Positions 19,867 to 28,802 of a DNA stretch of 64,000 nucleotides are shown one piece after another; the stretch's first letter is position 1, and each line of letters begins with the position of its first letter. Both the position numbers and the translations under genes were made by a program. Source of the DNA: Candidatus Anderseniibacteriota bacterium (lineage in GTDB: Bacteria > Patescibacteriota > Andersenbacteria > UBA10190); assembly GCA_016197005.1 (NCBI GenBank), contig JACPWO010000002.1:8483-72482 (forward strand), in the 5' to 3' direction. Under the pieces are notes generated by a model. It saw only the letters and a program-made list of their open reading frames with translations, ran no database searches and was not told the DNA's origin.

Positions 19867-21705
19867 ATGTTGGCCAAGATATTTGCACAATTAGTAACGA
19901 CAGCTGTTGTGGTAGTTGCAGCGGTGATGCTGTTCTCTGGAAACTCCAGCGCCGCCCAAAATACTAGTCAGCTTGAAATATTTTTCACGGACAAAGATAA
20001 CAATCTGAAAACAGCGTCGCTGGCTGACGAAAAATGGGGCATTGACACTGTCGATAATCCTGGTGGGGCGGTCGGCACGTCACTGTCGGTCGTGTTGGAT
20101 AACCAGGGAGCTAGCCATTTAAGCTACCGAGATAGTCGACCGGGTAAAGCAGAATATCAACAATCTGATTTACGCTATGCTACCAACAGTAGTGGTACCT
20201 GGCAGGATGAGGAGGCTTTTGGAACAGATGGTCGTATTGGTGCCAATGCAATAGTAGTAGATGCGCAAGGACATGTTCACATTATTTTCAACCATTACCC
20301 GGCAAATGATCCCAGTAATGGTGAGCTGCTTTATGCCAATAATTCAACCGGCGACTGGCAAGTAGAGGAAGTTAGCCAATCAGCTTTAATTAATAGTGGC
20401 AATATTGGCATTGATGCTAGTGGTCTACTACATACTGTCTACCAACACAATCAACAGCTTGTTTACTCTAAACGCACAGGTTCTAATCAGTGGACGAGCG
20501 AAGTGATAACATCTTTTGGCAGCCGACTACCTCATGTTGCTTTTGCCCTGGATAGTGATGGGCAACCGCAGGTTGCCATTGTTCTGCAAGATGAGAATAA
20601 ACTGAAATTCGCTAAGCGCGGTGGCGATAGCTGGAGCATTGAAGATGTGACAAGTTGGACTAACGGTGGCGACCAACATGTATACTTAGGTCTAGATACT
20701 AACGATAAGGCACACCTTGCATTAACGACTGGTCCAGGTAATGGACGTGGACCTCATTATATTACGAAAAGTGGTAACCAGTGGTTAATTGAGTCAGTCG
20801 GCGCTTTCATAACAGAGCCTTCATATTTGTCTTTGGGCGTTACCACTGACGATACGGTGCATCTAACTTTTGCGACTGCGTATGATAATTCACCACAATT
20901 AGACTCTGATCGACCACTGCATTATGCCAGACGAGTTGATAACCAGTGGATAGTTGATCAAGTGCATGAAGAAGGTACCGTCTTGCGAGGACGATTTCCC
21001 GTCATGGTAACTTCAGGTGCATCCCCTGTTTTACCCGACTGTTTTGCGCGAACTCTTGGGCTGTATTGCGCTAACGACCCGTCACCAGTAACTAATCCCA
21101 ACGTTGATAACACGAGCAGTAGCAATGAAGTTAGTAGTGGTGATAATGGTGGTGGGGGCGACTCCGGCGGCGGTGGGGGCGGTGGAGGTGGTAATGGCGG
21201 TGAATCTACACCGGCGCCCGTAGCCAAGCCGCGAGTATTAGGTATACAAACTGTTAAAGTCTCAGCAGCTGATAAAGCAGCGCCGGACTTTATTCCAAAT
21301 CAGCAGGTTCCCGTCATTGTCGCTCGACTTTTTCAAGAAGTTTTTGGGCGACTAATTACTCCTGCAGAAAGTACATACTGGAAGGGTCGAGCACGTAGTG
21401 ATAAAGCTACCGAAACTAAACTTAGAGGTGCTATGGCGTGGCACCAGGCTAACGGTTCGACAGGTGCTATGGCATCAGTAGTAACTGCTGTAAACGCTCC
21501 AGCTTCTACAACGAATATTATTTCGAACAAGCAAGTACCAGCGGTTGTTGAACAAGTATTCGCCAAGGTTTTCCATTTACGCGTTAGTGCAATTCTGAGT
21601 ACATACTGGAAGGGTCGAGCACGCACAGACAAACGCACTAAGAGTCTACTTGAAGGTGCTATGCGATGGTATCAAGGTAAAGGATTGACTTCGCCTACTA
21701 GTTGA
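19867..21705 (+). CDS. Secreted beta-propeller protein with poly-Gly linker and two C-terminal helical repeats
   Basis: Signal peptide; repeated D-x-x-G-x-x-H ... W-x-x-E blades; Gly run; two STYWKGRAR.DK...GAM.W repeats. Confidence 0.8.
   Translation: MLAKIFAQLVTTAVVVVAAVMLFSGNSSAAQNTSQLEIFFTDKDNNLKTASLADEKWGIDTVDNPGGAVGTSLSVVLDNQGASHLSYRDSRPGKAEYQQSDLRYATNSSGTWQDEEAFGTDGRIGANAIVVDAQGHVHIIFNHYPANDPSNGELLYANNSTGDWQVEEVSQSALINSGNIGIDASGLLHTVYQHNQQLVYSKRTGSNQWTSEVITSFGSRLPHVAFALDSDGQPQVAIVLQDENKLKFAKRGGDSWSIEDVTSWTNGGDQHVYLGLDTNDKAHLALTTGPGNGRGPHYITKSGNQWLIESVGAFITEPSYLSLGVTTDDTVHLTFATAYDNSPQLDSDRPLHYARRVDNQWIVDQVHEEGTVLRGRFPVMVTSGASPVLPDCFARTLGLYCANDPSPVTNPNVDNTSSSNEVSSGDNGGGGDSGGGGGGGGGNGGESTPAPVAKPRVLGIQTVKVSAADKAAPDFIPNQQVPVIVARLFQEVFGRLITPAESTYWKGRARSDKATETKLRGAMAWHQANGSTGAMASVVTAVNAPASTTNIISNKQVPAVVEQVFAKVFHLRVSAILSTYWKGRARTDKRTKSLLEGAMRWYQGKGLTSPTS
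21370..21623 (+). repeat. Identical 26 bp direct repeat within the duplicated C-terminal domain
   Basis: AGTACATACTGGAAGGGTCGAGCACG at 21370-21395 and 21598-21623. Confidence 0.85.
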
Positions 21706-21741
21706 TTTCCAGCGAAGCGTTGGTCAACATTGCTTTTTCTT

Positions 21742-21783
21742 TTACCCAAAACAGGTTCTAGTATTCTCTAGTACTGCGAGCAA
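21742..21783 (-). repeat. att-like scar 4
   Basis: Minus strand TTGCTCGCAGTACTAGAGAATACTAGAACCTGTTTT = LLAVLENTRTCFG*. Confidence 0.65.
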
Positions 21784-21829
21784 AACGATAAACACTTAAC
21801 AAATTAAAGTAATTTAATAACATTAAAGT

Positions 21830-22258
21830 ATGACAACAATAAATCCGTGGATCAATTTTAATGGGAATGCCGAAGAAGCATTTACATTTTACAAATCAGT
21901 CTTTGGCGGTGAGTTTACAAAAATCATACGTTTCAAAGACCTTGCGAGCACTGAGTTCCCGGTAGCAGAAAAGGAGGAAAATAAAATTATGTATATTGCT
22001 TTGCCTATTGATGAAGGTAATGTATTGATTGCAAATGATGTCCCCGAGTTTATGGGGCAAGTAAATGAAAACGAAAACAGGAGTAAAATTGCAATAAGCA
22101 CTGAAAGTAAAGAAGAGGCGGATAGATTATTTAACGGTCTTTCTGCTGGAGGAAAAATAGAGGGCCCTATGGGGAATAGTCCTTGGGGTACGTATGCTGG
22201 TATGTTCAGAGATACATATGGTATTGAGTGGATAGTTGAATGTTCTCCTGGTAAATGA
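21830..22258 (+). CDS. VOC/PhnB family protein
   Basis: INPWINFNGNAEEAFTFYKSVFGGE...PWG...DTYGIEW. Confidence 0.9.
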   Translation: MTTINPWINFNGNAEEAFTFYKSVFGGEFTKIIRFKDLASTEFPVAEKEENKIMYIALPIDEGNVLIANDVPEFMGQVNENENRSKIAISTESKEEADRLFNGLSAGGKIEGPMGNSPWGTYAGMFRDTYGIEWIVECSPGK

Positions 22259-22380
22259 AAAAGCGGCGGGACAAGGAGAACTAACCTATAGCAAAACTAT
22301 ACAAGCTCTCAACTATCGGGTTGTTGGCTCGATCAGAATTGATAAACCCCAGGGATCGGAATCGAACTTTATTAATAACA

Positions 22381-22408
22381 AAACCGCCGGGAGGTGATCC
22401 GGCGGTTT
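22381..22408. terminator. Terminator between convergent genes
   Basis: AAACCGCCGG-N8-CCGGCGGTTT. Confidence 0.75.
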
Positions 22409-22428
22409 CTCTAGATTGGTTCGTCTTG

Positions 22429-22914
22429 TTATTTCCCGACGTGACGGAAAGGCATGCCCATACGTGGCCCAAACTTTCCATGTGGTCCCTTCATGCCTAG
22501 GTTTAGATATTGAAGAGGAATATCATTATCTTCTGCCCATCGCTTTAGTTCATCCATTTTTGTTTTCATAGCATCGCGACGTTCTTCCATTGTTTTTTCT
22601 TTTAGTGATTCTATGAATGTCTTAAGTTCAGCATGCTTAGCGGTTATCAGATCGGCTTGTGCCTGAGTGATTTTCCCATCCGTCACCGTTTGGGCAAGTC
22701 GATCTTTCATGGCTTGTTCATGCTCTGTCATTAAATCTGAGCGATGCTCATCAAAGACAGTCTGAAGGTCATCCCGGTTAAGGCTGAATCGTTCAACGAG
22801 CCGATCAATTAAGTTTGTAGTATTTGAAGCAGCGTAGGTAGGGCTGGCATGAAACACAACAAGTCCTAATACTGCAATGGCACTAGCGGCAAACAATGAT
22901 TTTTTGGCTTTCAT
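22429..22914 (-). CDS. Secreted helical hypothetical protein
   Basis: Signal peptide; V.DGKITQAQAD motif. Confidence 0.7.
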   Translation of the reverse strand: MKAKKSLFAASAIAVLGLVVFHASPTYAASNTTNLIDRLVERFSLNRDDLQTVFDEHRSDLMTEHEQAMKDRLAQTVTDGKITQAQADLITAKHAELKTFIESLKEKTMEERRDAMKTKMDELKRWAEDNDIPLQYLNLGMKGPHGKFGPRMGMPFRHVGK

Positions 22915-22966
22915 ATATTGATAGTTAATGATTATGAATTAGTGTCCTTACTATGCCAAAAACGTA

Positions 22967-22994
22967 ATGAAGCCAGGGTGAATTTTGTATGAAG
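22967..22994 (-). promoter_or_regulatory. Putative OmpR-family binding site (three hexamers, 11 bp period)
   Basis: ATGAAG-N5-GTGAAT-N5-ATGAAG upstream of the 22914 start. Confidence 0.65.
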
Positions 22995-22997
22995 GTT

Positions 22998-24047
22998 TTA
23001 AGCTTTTATTGGGAGAGTTAAAGTAACGGTAGTGCCTTCTCCTGGCTTGCTACTGATGTTTACCGAGCCGCCATAGTTGTGGATAACTGCTTGAACAATA
23101 GATAATCCCAAGCCGCTACCACCCTTCTCGCGTGATCGACTTTGGTCAACCCTGTAGAAACGATCAAAGAGTTTTGGAATTTCTTCTTCAGCGATGCCGA
23201 TACCGGTATCGCTGACTATAATATCGACGCTAGTTTTATTGGGTCTTAGGCTAACGACAACATTTCCATTGGGTTTATTGTGATCGATACCATTCTTAAT
23301 TAGGTTGCTGATCGCCTGCAGGATATGTTCTTTGTTGGCAGTAACCATTACTGGCAACTCGTGTGTCACAGGAGAAGAGATGACCTTAATGTTGTGTTTT
23401 GTTGCGTACCCCTGGAGACGCTTGACGGTTGCCGTGACTATCTCGTTGAGGTCAATCGCTTCTTTAGATGTGGATAGCTGATTCTCACCATCAAGACGTG
23501 AGATCAAGAGTAAGTCTTTAACAATCCTACCCATGCGCTGCACTTCTTCAAGGTGGCTCTGTGCATTTTCTTTTTCTTCAGTGCTTGCCTTGGTATTATC
23601 AAGCTCATTTTCTAAGTCAGTTTGGAGGATGGCTAACGGGGTGCGCAGTTCGTGAGAAGCATCGCTTAAGAAACGGCGCTGTTGTTCGTATGCTTGTTTG
23701 ATGGGGCGAAGTGTAAGACCAGCGAGAATATAGCTTAAACCGACGGCGCCAATAAAGAGTGTGCCATTCACTAATATCATGGAGGTGATCAGTTCTTGCC
23801 GGGCTTGTGCTCGAGCTTCTTGCCCTATTTCTAAAATTTGTGGTGGTGGTGGCAAAGGTCGTCCTCGAAAAAACATGCGCGCCTCAAGCCGGTTTGAGAA
23901 AACCGAATGTGTGGTAATAGCAGAAATAACTAAGACAGCCAATAGAAGAACGGCATAAATGCCAGTCAGCCGCAGACGCGTCAGCTGAAACTTGTCGTTA
24001 CGCAACCCGGTAACCTTTTCCGCGAATTGTTTCAATTCGTTTGGCAT
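22998..24047 (-). CDS. Sensor histidine kinase
   Basis: Two TMs, DASHELRTPL, NLIKNG, DTGIGI, GGSGLGL. Confidence 0.95.
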   Translation of the reverse strand: MPNELKQFAEKVTGLRNDKFQLTRLRLTGIYAVLLLAVLVISAITTHSVFSNRLEARMFFRGRPLPPPPQILEIGQEARAQARQELITSMILVNGTLFIGAVGLSYILAGLTLRPIKQAYEQQRRFLSDASHELRTPLAILQTDLENELDNTKASTEEKENAQSHLEEVQRMGRIVKDLLLISRLDGENQLSTSKEAIDLNEIVTATVKRLQGYATKHNIKVISSPVTHELPVMVTANKEHILQAISNLIKNGIDHNKPNGNVVVSLRPNKTSVDIIVSDTGIGIAEEEIPKLFDRFYRVDQSRSREKGGSGLGLSIVQAVIHNYGGSVNISSKPGEGTTVTLTLPIKA

Positions 24048-24660
24048 AGTCTTTTGGTAGTTTTTTACGCAGGTTCTTTAAATGGACGTCGACCACGTTA
24101 CTTAATGAGTCATAGAAATTATCCCATACGTGGTCGAGTATATCTTCGCGGGTGATAACCTTGTCGCGGTTACGCAAGAGGTATTCTAATAAAGAATACT
24201 CGCGGGTCGTCAAAGAAATCTCTGTATCGTTAATTGTTAAACGTTGAGCCTGTGTATCAAGCTTTAAATCATCGAGAGTGAGCGTGTCCGAGACCATTCC
24301 GTTGGGGCGGCGCAGTAGGCTGCGAATACGAGCAGTTAATTCCTCGAAAGAAAAAGGCTTAATTAAATAATCATCAGCCCCTTCATCTAATCCCGTAACT
24401 TTATCTTCTACTGCATCCTTAGCGGTAAGGAAGAGTATCGGCGTTGTGATACCGTCTTTGCGTAAATTGCGGCAGACGGTCAGGCCGTCTCGTCGAGGCA
24501 TCATGATATCGAGCAGGATCAGATCATACGGGTTCTTGCGAGCCAAATTTTCCCCAGCTTGTCCCTCAAAGGTGAAATCAACCGCGTAACCGCGGGTCTT
24601 AAGACCCTTGACAATTCCTTTATTTAGTTTAGGTTCGTCTTCAACGACTAAGATACGCAT
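23998..24660 (-). CDS. OmpR/PhoB family response regulator
   Basis: ILVVEDE, LLDIMMP, GADDYLIKPF, IETIRGKGY. Confidence 0.95.
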   Translation of the reverse strand: MRILVVEDEPKLNKGIVKGLKTRGYAVDFTFEGQAGENLARKNPYDLILLDIMMPRRDGLTVCRNLRKDGITTPILFLTAKDAVEDKVTGLDEGADDYLIKPFSFEELTARIRSLLRRPNGMVSDTLTLDDLKLDTQAQRLTINDTEISLTTREYSLLEYLLRNRDKVITREDILDHVWDNFYDSLSNVVDVHLKNLRKKLPKDYAKRIETIRGKGYRVA

Positions 24661-24684
24661 AGTTTTAGTAGTACCAATATGATG

Positions 24685-24701
24685 ATGAAGAACCAATGAA
24701 G
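24685..24701 (-). promoter_or_regulatory. Putative autoregulatory OmpR-family box
   Basis: ATGAAG-AACCA-ATGAAG. Confidence 0.7.
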
Positions 24702-24710
24702 ATACCAGAA

Positions 24711-24743
24711 TGTAGAGGCCGCTGATAGTAAGCGGCCTCTACA
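24711..24743 (-). terminator. Perfect 13 bp hairpin after the exporter operon
   Basis: TGTAGAGGCCGCT-N7-AGCGGCCTCTACA. Confidence 0.7.
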
Positions 24744-24746
24744 GAG

Positions 24747-25211
24747 TTATTGTTGATTCGGTAAAGCTTGGTTCCCACTTTGCCCGCCCGGTCGATTCCC
24801 GAAGGGAATATTCATACCTTCTGGAACGATTTGAATTGAGGTAGCCGTCGTGCTGCCATCAGGGTTTTGTTGTCCCGTGACAATCACCTGCGTGCCGGAG
24901 GTGACATCGCTGGCTGAACCACTGGTCATCTTCTGGTAGGCGGTGCTGCTATTTACCAGAACAATATGAGAGCTGTTATCAGGTGTTTGCACGGTGATTC
25001 TGCCATCCGTTACCGACTGAACTGCACCGGTAACTCTACCTCCACCAGACATCTGTCCATTAGCGCCTGGCATGCCGCGGAAGTTACCCATCATGCCGGG
25101 ACGTGGTCCTGGTTGTGCCCCGCTCAGTTTCGTGCCGCCGAAATATCCAGCTGCACCACCTACGATGAGACAGGCGATCGCAGTAGTCGCAATCGTTGCT
25201 TTAGTTGTCAT
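24747..25211 (-). CDS. DUF5666-type OB-fold membrane-anchored protein
   Basis: TM then G...GQQNPDGSTTATSIQI. Confidence 0.75.
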   Translation of the reverse strand: MTTKATIATTAIACLIVGGAAGYFGGTKLSGAQPGPRPGMMGNFRGMPGANGQMSGGGRVTGAVQSVTDGRITVQTPDNSSHIVLVNSSTAYQKMTSGSASDVTSGTQVIVTGQQNPDGSTTATSIQIVPEGMNIPFGNRPGGQSGNQALPNQQ

Positions 25212-25237
25212 ATTCAAACACCTCCTTCCGCAATGAG

Positions 25238-26464
25238 TTACTCATAATGCAATGCCACTATTGGCTGCAGTTGTGCTGCCCGACGAGCAGGGTAGTAGCC
25301 AAAAATAATGCCGATGGCAGTAGAAACAGTGAAGGCCAGGAGTGGGCCATAGAGCGAATAGGAAGCAGTGAGATTGAGTAATCGGCTGGCTAAGAAGGAG
25401 ATGCCAAAACCAAGCAGGATGCCAAAAATACCGCCGACGATGGTGAGTACCGCCGACTCGAGCAGAAATTGCAGCAAAATATCTTTTTTCTTTGCCCCAA
25501 TTGCTTTGCGAATACCAATCTCTCGTGTGCGCTCGGTAATGGTGACAAGCATGATATTCATAATGCCAATGCCACCGACGAGCAGTGATATGGCGGCAAT
25601 GCCAGAGAGTAGGTTAGTGAAGGTGCTGGTAGTTTCCGTGACAGCGTTTAAGAGATCGGCTTGGGAGCGAATAGTAAAGTCGGCTTCAGTCGGATTAGTA
25701 AGATGGTGCCGGCGTAATAAGAACATACCTACCTCATCCATCGTCTGATTCATCGTTTCTGCGCTCACCGCAGCTACTGAAATGCTGCTCACGTACCCAG
25801 TGCCAGCGAGTAATTTCTGAGCCGTAGTAACTGGCACGAATATACCGTCGTCGGAGCTGCCAAATCCCCCGCCGCCTTTAGCGACCGTGACGCCGATAAC
25901 TTTAAACGGAATGCGATTGATTTGAATAGTCTGGCCAACGGCTGTGCCGCCAGTGCCAAATAAATCTTCAACGACATTGGGTCCGAGCACGGCTACTTTT
26001 TCTATACCCACAATATTTCTATCGGAGAGAAAAGTGCCCGACGCCATCGTGATATTCGAGGTAATACGATAGTCTGGCAGTGCACCTGTCACTCGGGCAT
26101 TGGTATTGTTTCGTCCTTGAGTGGCTTGGTAATTCCGTGATACCTCGGCACTCACCGCCTCAACAGTTGTCAGTGACGCATTGTCAGCAATTGCCTGGGC
26201 ATCCTCAAGCGTCAGCGTGTTGGCTGACCCTGCTGCACCTTGCACACCTCCACCCTGGTTTGTTGCGCTCGAGGAGATCGTAAGAAGGTTTGAGCCGATT
26301 GAAGATATGCGCTCGGTGACTTGTGCCTGGGTTCCTTGGCCAAGTGCAATTAATCCCACCACCGCGGCAATACCAATGACTATACCGAGAATAGCTAAAC
26401 CTGTGCGTAGTTTATTACCAAGTAACGCATCAAGGGCAGTACTCATTGTTTCTTTAAAATCCAT
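25238..26464 (-). CDS. MacB/FtsX-type ABC permease
   Basis: LGIVIGIAAVV; GGIGIMNIMLVTITERTREIGIRKAIGA. Confidence 0.95.
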   Translation of the reverse strand: MDFKETMSTALDALLGNKLRTGLAILGIVIGIAAVVGLIALGQGTQAQVTERISSIGSNLLTISSSATNQGGGVQGAAGSANTLTLEDAQAIADNASLTTVEAVSAEVSRNYQATQGRNNTNARVTGALPDYRITSNITMASGTFLSDRNIVGIEKVAVLGPNVVEDLFGTGGTAVGQTIQINRIPFKVIGVTVAKGGGGFGSSDDGIFVPVTTAQKLLAGTGYVSSISVAAVSAETMNQTMDEVGMFLLRRHHLTNPTEADFTIRSQADLLNAVTETTSTFTNLLSGIAAISLLVGGIGIMNIMLVTITERTREIGIRKAIGAKKKDILLQFLLESAVLTIVGGIFGILLGFGISFLASRLLNLTASYSLYGPLLAFTVSTAIGIIFGYYPARRAAQLQPIVALHYE

Positions 26465-27161
26465 GGGCATGAGGCGATGTAGGAATAGGGTGCTCGTGCG
26501 GTTGCTGATGTTTGTCTTCACTGACGAGGCCATCGCGTAGGGTAATGACCCGTTTGGCGTGGGCGGCGATATCATGTTCGTGCGTCACCATGATGATGGT
26601 GTGGCCTTGGGCGTTCAGCTTTTGAAAAAAGTGCATAATTTCGTCTCCGGTTTTGGTATCTAAATTACCGGTAGGCTCATCCGCTAGAAGAATACTAGGA
26701 TTGGTTACCAGTGCCCTGGCGATGGCCACCCGCTGTTTTTGCCCACCAGAAATTTCATTCGGAAGCTTGTTAAGATGATCAGCGAGACCAACACGACTCA
26801 GTACTTTCTTCGCTTTTTCTTCTCGTGTCGTATCGTTCGCGTAGGCCAGTGGCAGGGCGACATTTTTGAGTAAGCTCATGCGAGCGAGTAAGTTAAACGC
26901 CTGAAAGACAAAACCAATTTTGCGGTTCCGAATGTCAGACAAGCGATCATCATCTAAGTCCTGGACCGCTTCACTATCAAGTTCATATGTGCCCGTAGTT
27001 GGAATATCCAGTGCGCCTATGATATGCATAAGTGTTGATTTCCCAGAGCCTGAAGGGCCCATGATGGCGACGAACTCACCTTTTTGAATAGAAAGACTTA
27101 TACCCTTTAGAGCACGAGTGCCATCAGGAAAGGTTTTGGTGATGTTCTTAATTTCGATCAT
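26454..27161 (-). CDS. ABC ATP-binding protein (LolD/MacB type)
   Basis: [32 protein letters not shown]. Confidence 0.95.
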   Translation of the reverse strand: MIEIKNITKTFPDGTRALKGISLSIQKGEFVAIMGPSGSGKSTLMHIIGALDIPTTGTYELDSEAVQDLDDDRLSDIRNRKIGFVFQAFNLLARMSLLKNVALPLAYANDTTREEKAKKVLSRVGLADHLNKLPNEISGGQKQRVAIARALVTNPSILLADEPTGNLDTKTGDEIMHFFQKLNAQGHTIIMVTHEHDIAAHAKRVITLRDGLVSEDKHQQPHEHPIPTSPHAHGF

Positions 27162-27167
27162 CGTTCT

Positions 27168-28574
27168 TTACCTAAAGATTGCGCCACCACCTGGTCCACC
27201 ACCGTTGCCTTGCTGTGTTTGTGCGCTAAAGGCACCACTCGTTGTTCCTGTTCCTTGGCTGGTAATTATTTGATCACCTTCCTGTAAGCCATCAATAATT
27301 TCTGTATGCGTATCATTGTTTGCACCGATTGTTACGGTGATGGTGGTAGCAGCACCGTCTCGCATAATCTGAACAGAATCTTGGTCATTCTGGGTGCTCA
27401 CTGCCGCACTTGGTACCAAGAGCACATCATTTTTCTGTTCAGTAATAATGCTGGCGCTCGCAGTCATGCCTGGACGAATACTTTCATCGATCATATCGAG
27501 CCCTATCTCTACGTTGTACGTCGTAACGCCGGAAGTAGTGGTACCTAATCGATCAATGCCCACCACGCTTCCGGTAAGAGTCTTATCTGGTAAGGCATCA
27601 AACGTTAGCGTTGCCGGTTGGCCGATCTCTACACTCGCAATATCTATTTCATTAATAGCGACCTGTGCCCGTAGACTCATTAGATCAATGATGGAAAAGA
27701 GAGACGTTGATGATCCGCTGCTCCCAGTGTCGCTACTGCTTGCTGCATTACTACTGCCGACAGTACTGCCTTCCACCAACGACAGATTCATAATCGTACC
27801 GCCAACAGGCGCAGTTAGTGTTTGGCTTGTGAGTGCCTGATAGCTTAAGCGACTGGCAGTTAGGCTCGCCGCAGACGCATTGTATGACTGCTGCGCACTC
27901 TTAGTTTTGAGCGCTGCCGACTCGGTATCTCTCTTTGATTGTTGGAGCGCCACATCAGCTGTTTTCAAATTTTCTTGGCCTTGTAATGTAGCTGTCTGCA
28001 GATCAATTTTGGCACTTTGTGTACCGCGTTCAGCTGAGACTGTTTTTAGCGCAGTATCAGCTGCTTCCTGAGTTATGGCTGCACCGATGACGCCTTTATC
28101 GGCATCAATCACTGGCTGGTTAACGGCAATTTTCGCTTGGTCGTAGGCCAGTTGGCTGGCGGCTAAGGTAGTCTTTTCAATGTTTTCATTTTTCTGAGTA
28201 TCTTGCAGTCGTTGTTGCGCATCAGTTACTGCTCCTTGTGCAGATAAAAGCGAGGCATATGCTTTCGCAATATCTTCAGCTGTTGCCAGCGACTTAATTT
28301 TGAGTAGTGCTTGGTCAGCCCTAACTACGTCACCGTCTTTGACGAGCAGCTGCTCAACACGTCCCTGACCACTCACGCTGACATCAGCCTGAATCTTTGC
28401 CAGCACAGAACCCGTACCAGTAACGGATTGGACCAGCGTACCTTTTGTAACTGTTTCCGTTGTTGGGGTAGTAGAGGTTTCAGTTGTATTTGAGCTGTAC
28501 CACCACCAGCCGCCAGCGACGACTGCGATTACGACTGCACTAATAAGCCACGGGTTACGGTATGGGATTTTCAT
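27168..28574 (-). CDS. Efflux periplasmic adaptor (MacA/HlyD-like)
   Basis: TM, lipoyl halves around a coiled coil, IRPGMTA, GLQEGDQI. Confidence 0.9.
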   Translation of the reverse strand: MKIPYRNPWLISAVVIAVVAGGWWWYSSNTTETSTTPTTETVTKGTLVQSVTGTGSVLAKIQADVSVSGQGRVEQLLVKDGDVVRADQALLKIKSLATAEDIAKAYASLLSAQGAVTDAQQRLQDTQKNENIEKTTLAASQLAYDQAKIAVNQPVIDADKGVIGAAITQEAADTALKTVSAERGTQSAKIDLQTATLQGQENLKTADVALQQSKRDTESAALKTKSAQQSYNASAASLTASRLSYQALTSQTLTAPVGGTIMNLSLVEGSTVGSSNAASSSDTGSSGSSTSLFSIIDLMSLRAQVAINEIDIASVEIGQPATLTFDALPDKTLTGSVVGIDRLGTTTSGVTTYNVEIGLDMIDESIRPGMTASASIITEQKNDVLLVPSAAVSTQNDQDSVQIMRDGAATTITVTIGANNDTHTEIIDGLQEGDQIITSQGTGTTSGAFSAQTQQGNGGGPGGGAIFR

Positions 28575-28599
28575 ATGTCATCACTGTAGAAAACCCTTT

Positions 28600-28616
28600 A
28601 TGAAGGGAAGATGAAG
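28600..28616 (-). promoter_or_regulatory. Putative OmpR-family box upstream of exporter operon
   Basis: ATGAAG-GGAAG-ATGAAG; TACAGT -10-like hexamer 11 nt downstream on the minus strand. Confidence 0.7.
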
Positions 28617-28676
28617 GACGGGCCGACGCTTGTTTGCTAATTGTGGGTAGTTACTCCGGGGCTACTAGCTACCAGT

Positions 28677-28760
28677 CTAAGCTGAGAGGCTTTTGGGCTT
28701 GGATATTGGTCTTGTCATAAACGGAATTTTGGTTCGAACCTTCTCTATTCCTCGGAGCAA
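28677..28760 (-). repeat. att-like scar 5 (tail LLRGIEKVRTKIPFMTRPISKPKSLSA)
   Basis: Minus strand TTGCTCCGAGGAATAGAGAAGGTTCGAACC; near twin of scar 1. Confidence 0.75.
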
Positions 28761-28802
28761 AATATTTCTGGTGTTCGTATATGGTGGTGGTAAGTTTAAT
28801 AC

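Noticed and set aside
21139-21201. GGN-rich low-complexity tract
   Set aside because: Encodes an in-frame poly-Gly linker with mixed codons, not a functional DNA repeat.
28711-28740. dif/Xer site reading of the twin repeat
   Set aside because: Arms match XerC/XerD consensus poorly, and conservation extends in codon fashion to the other scars.
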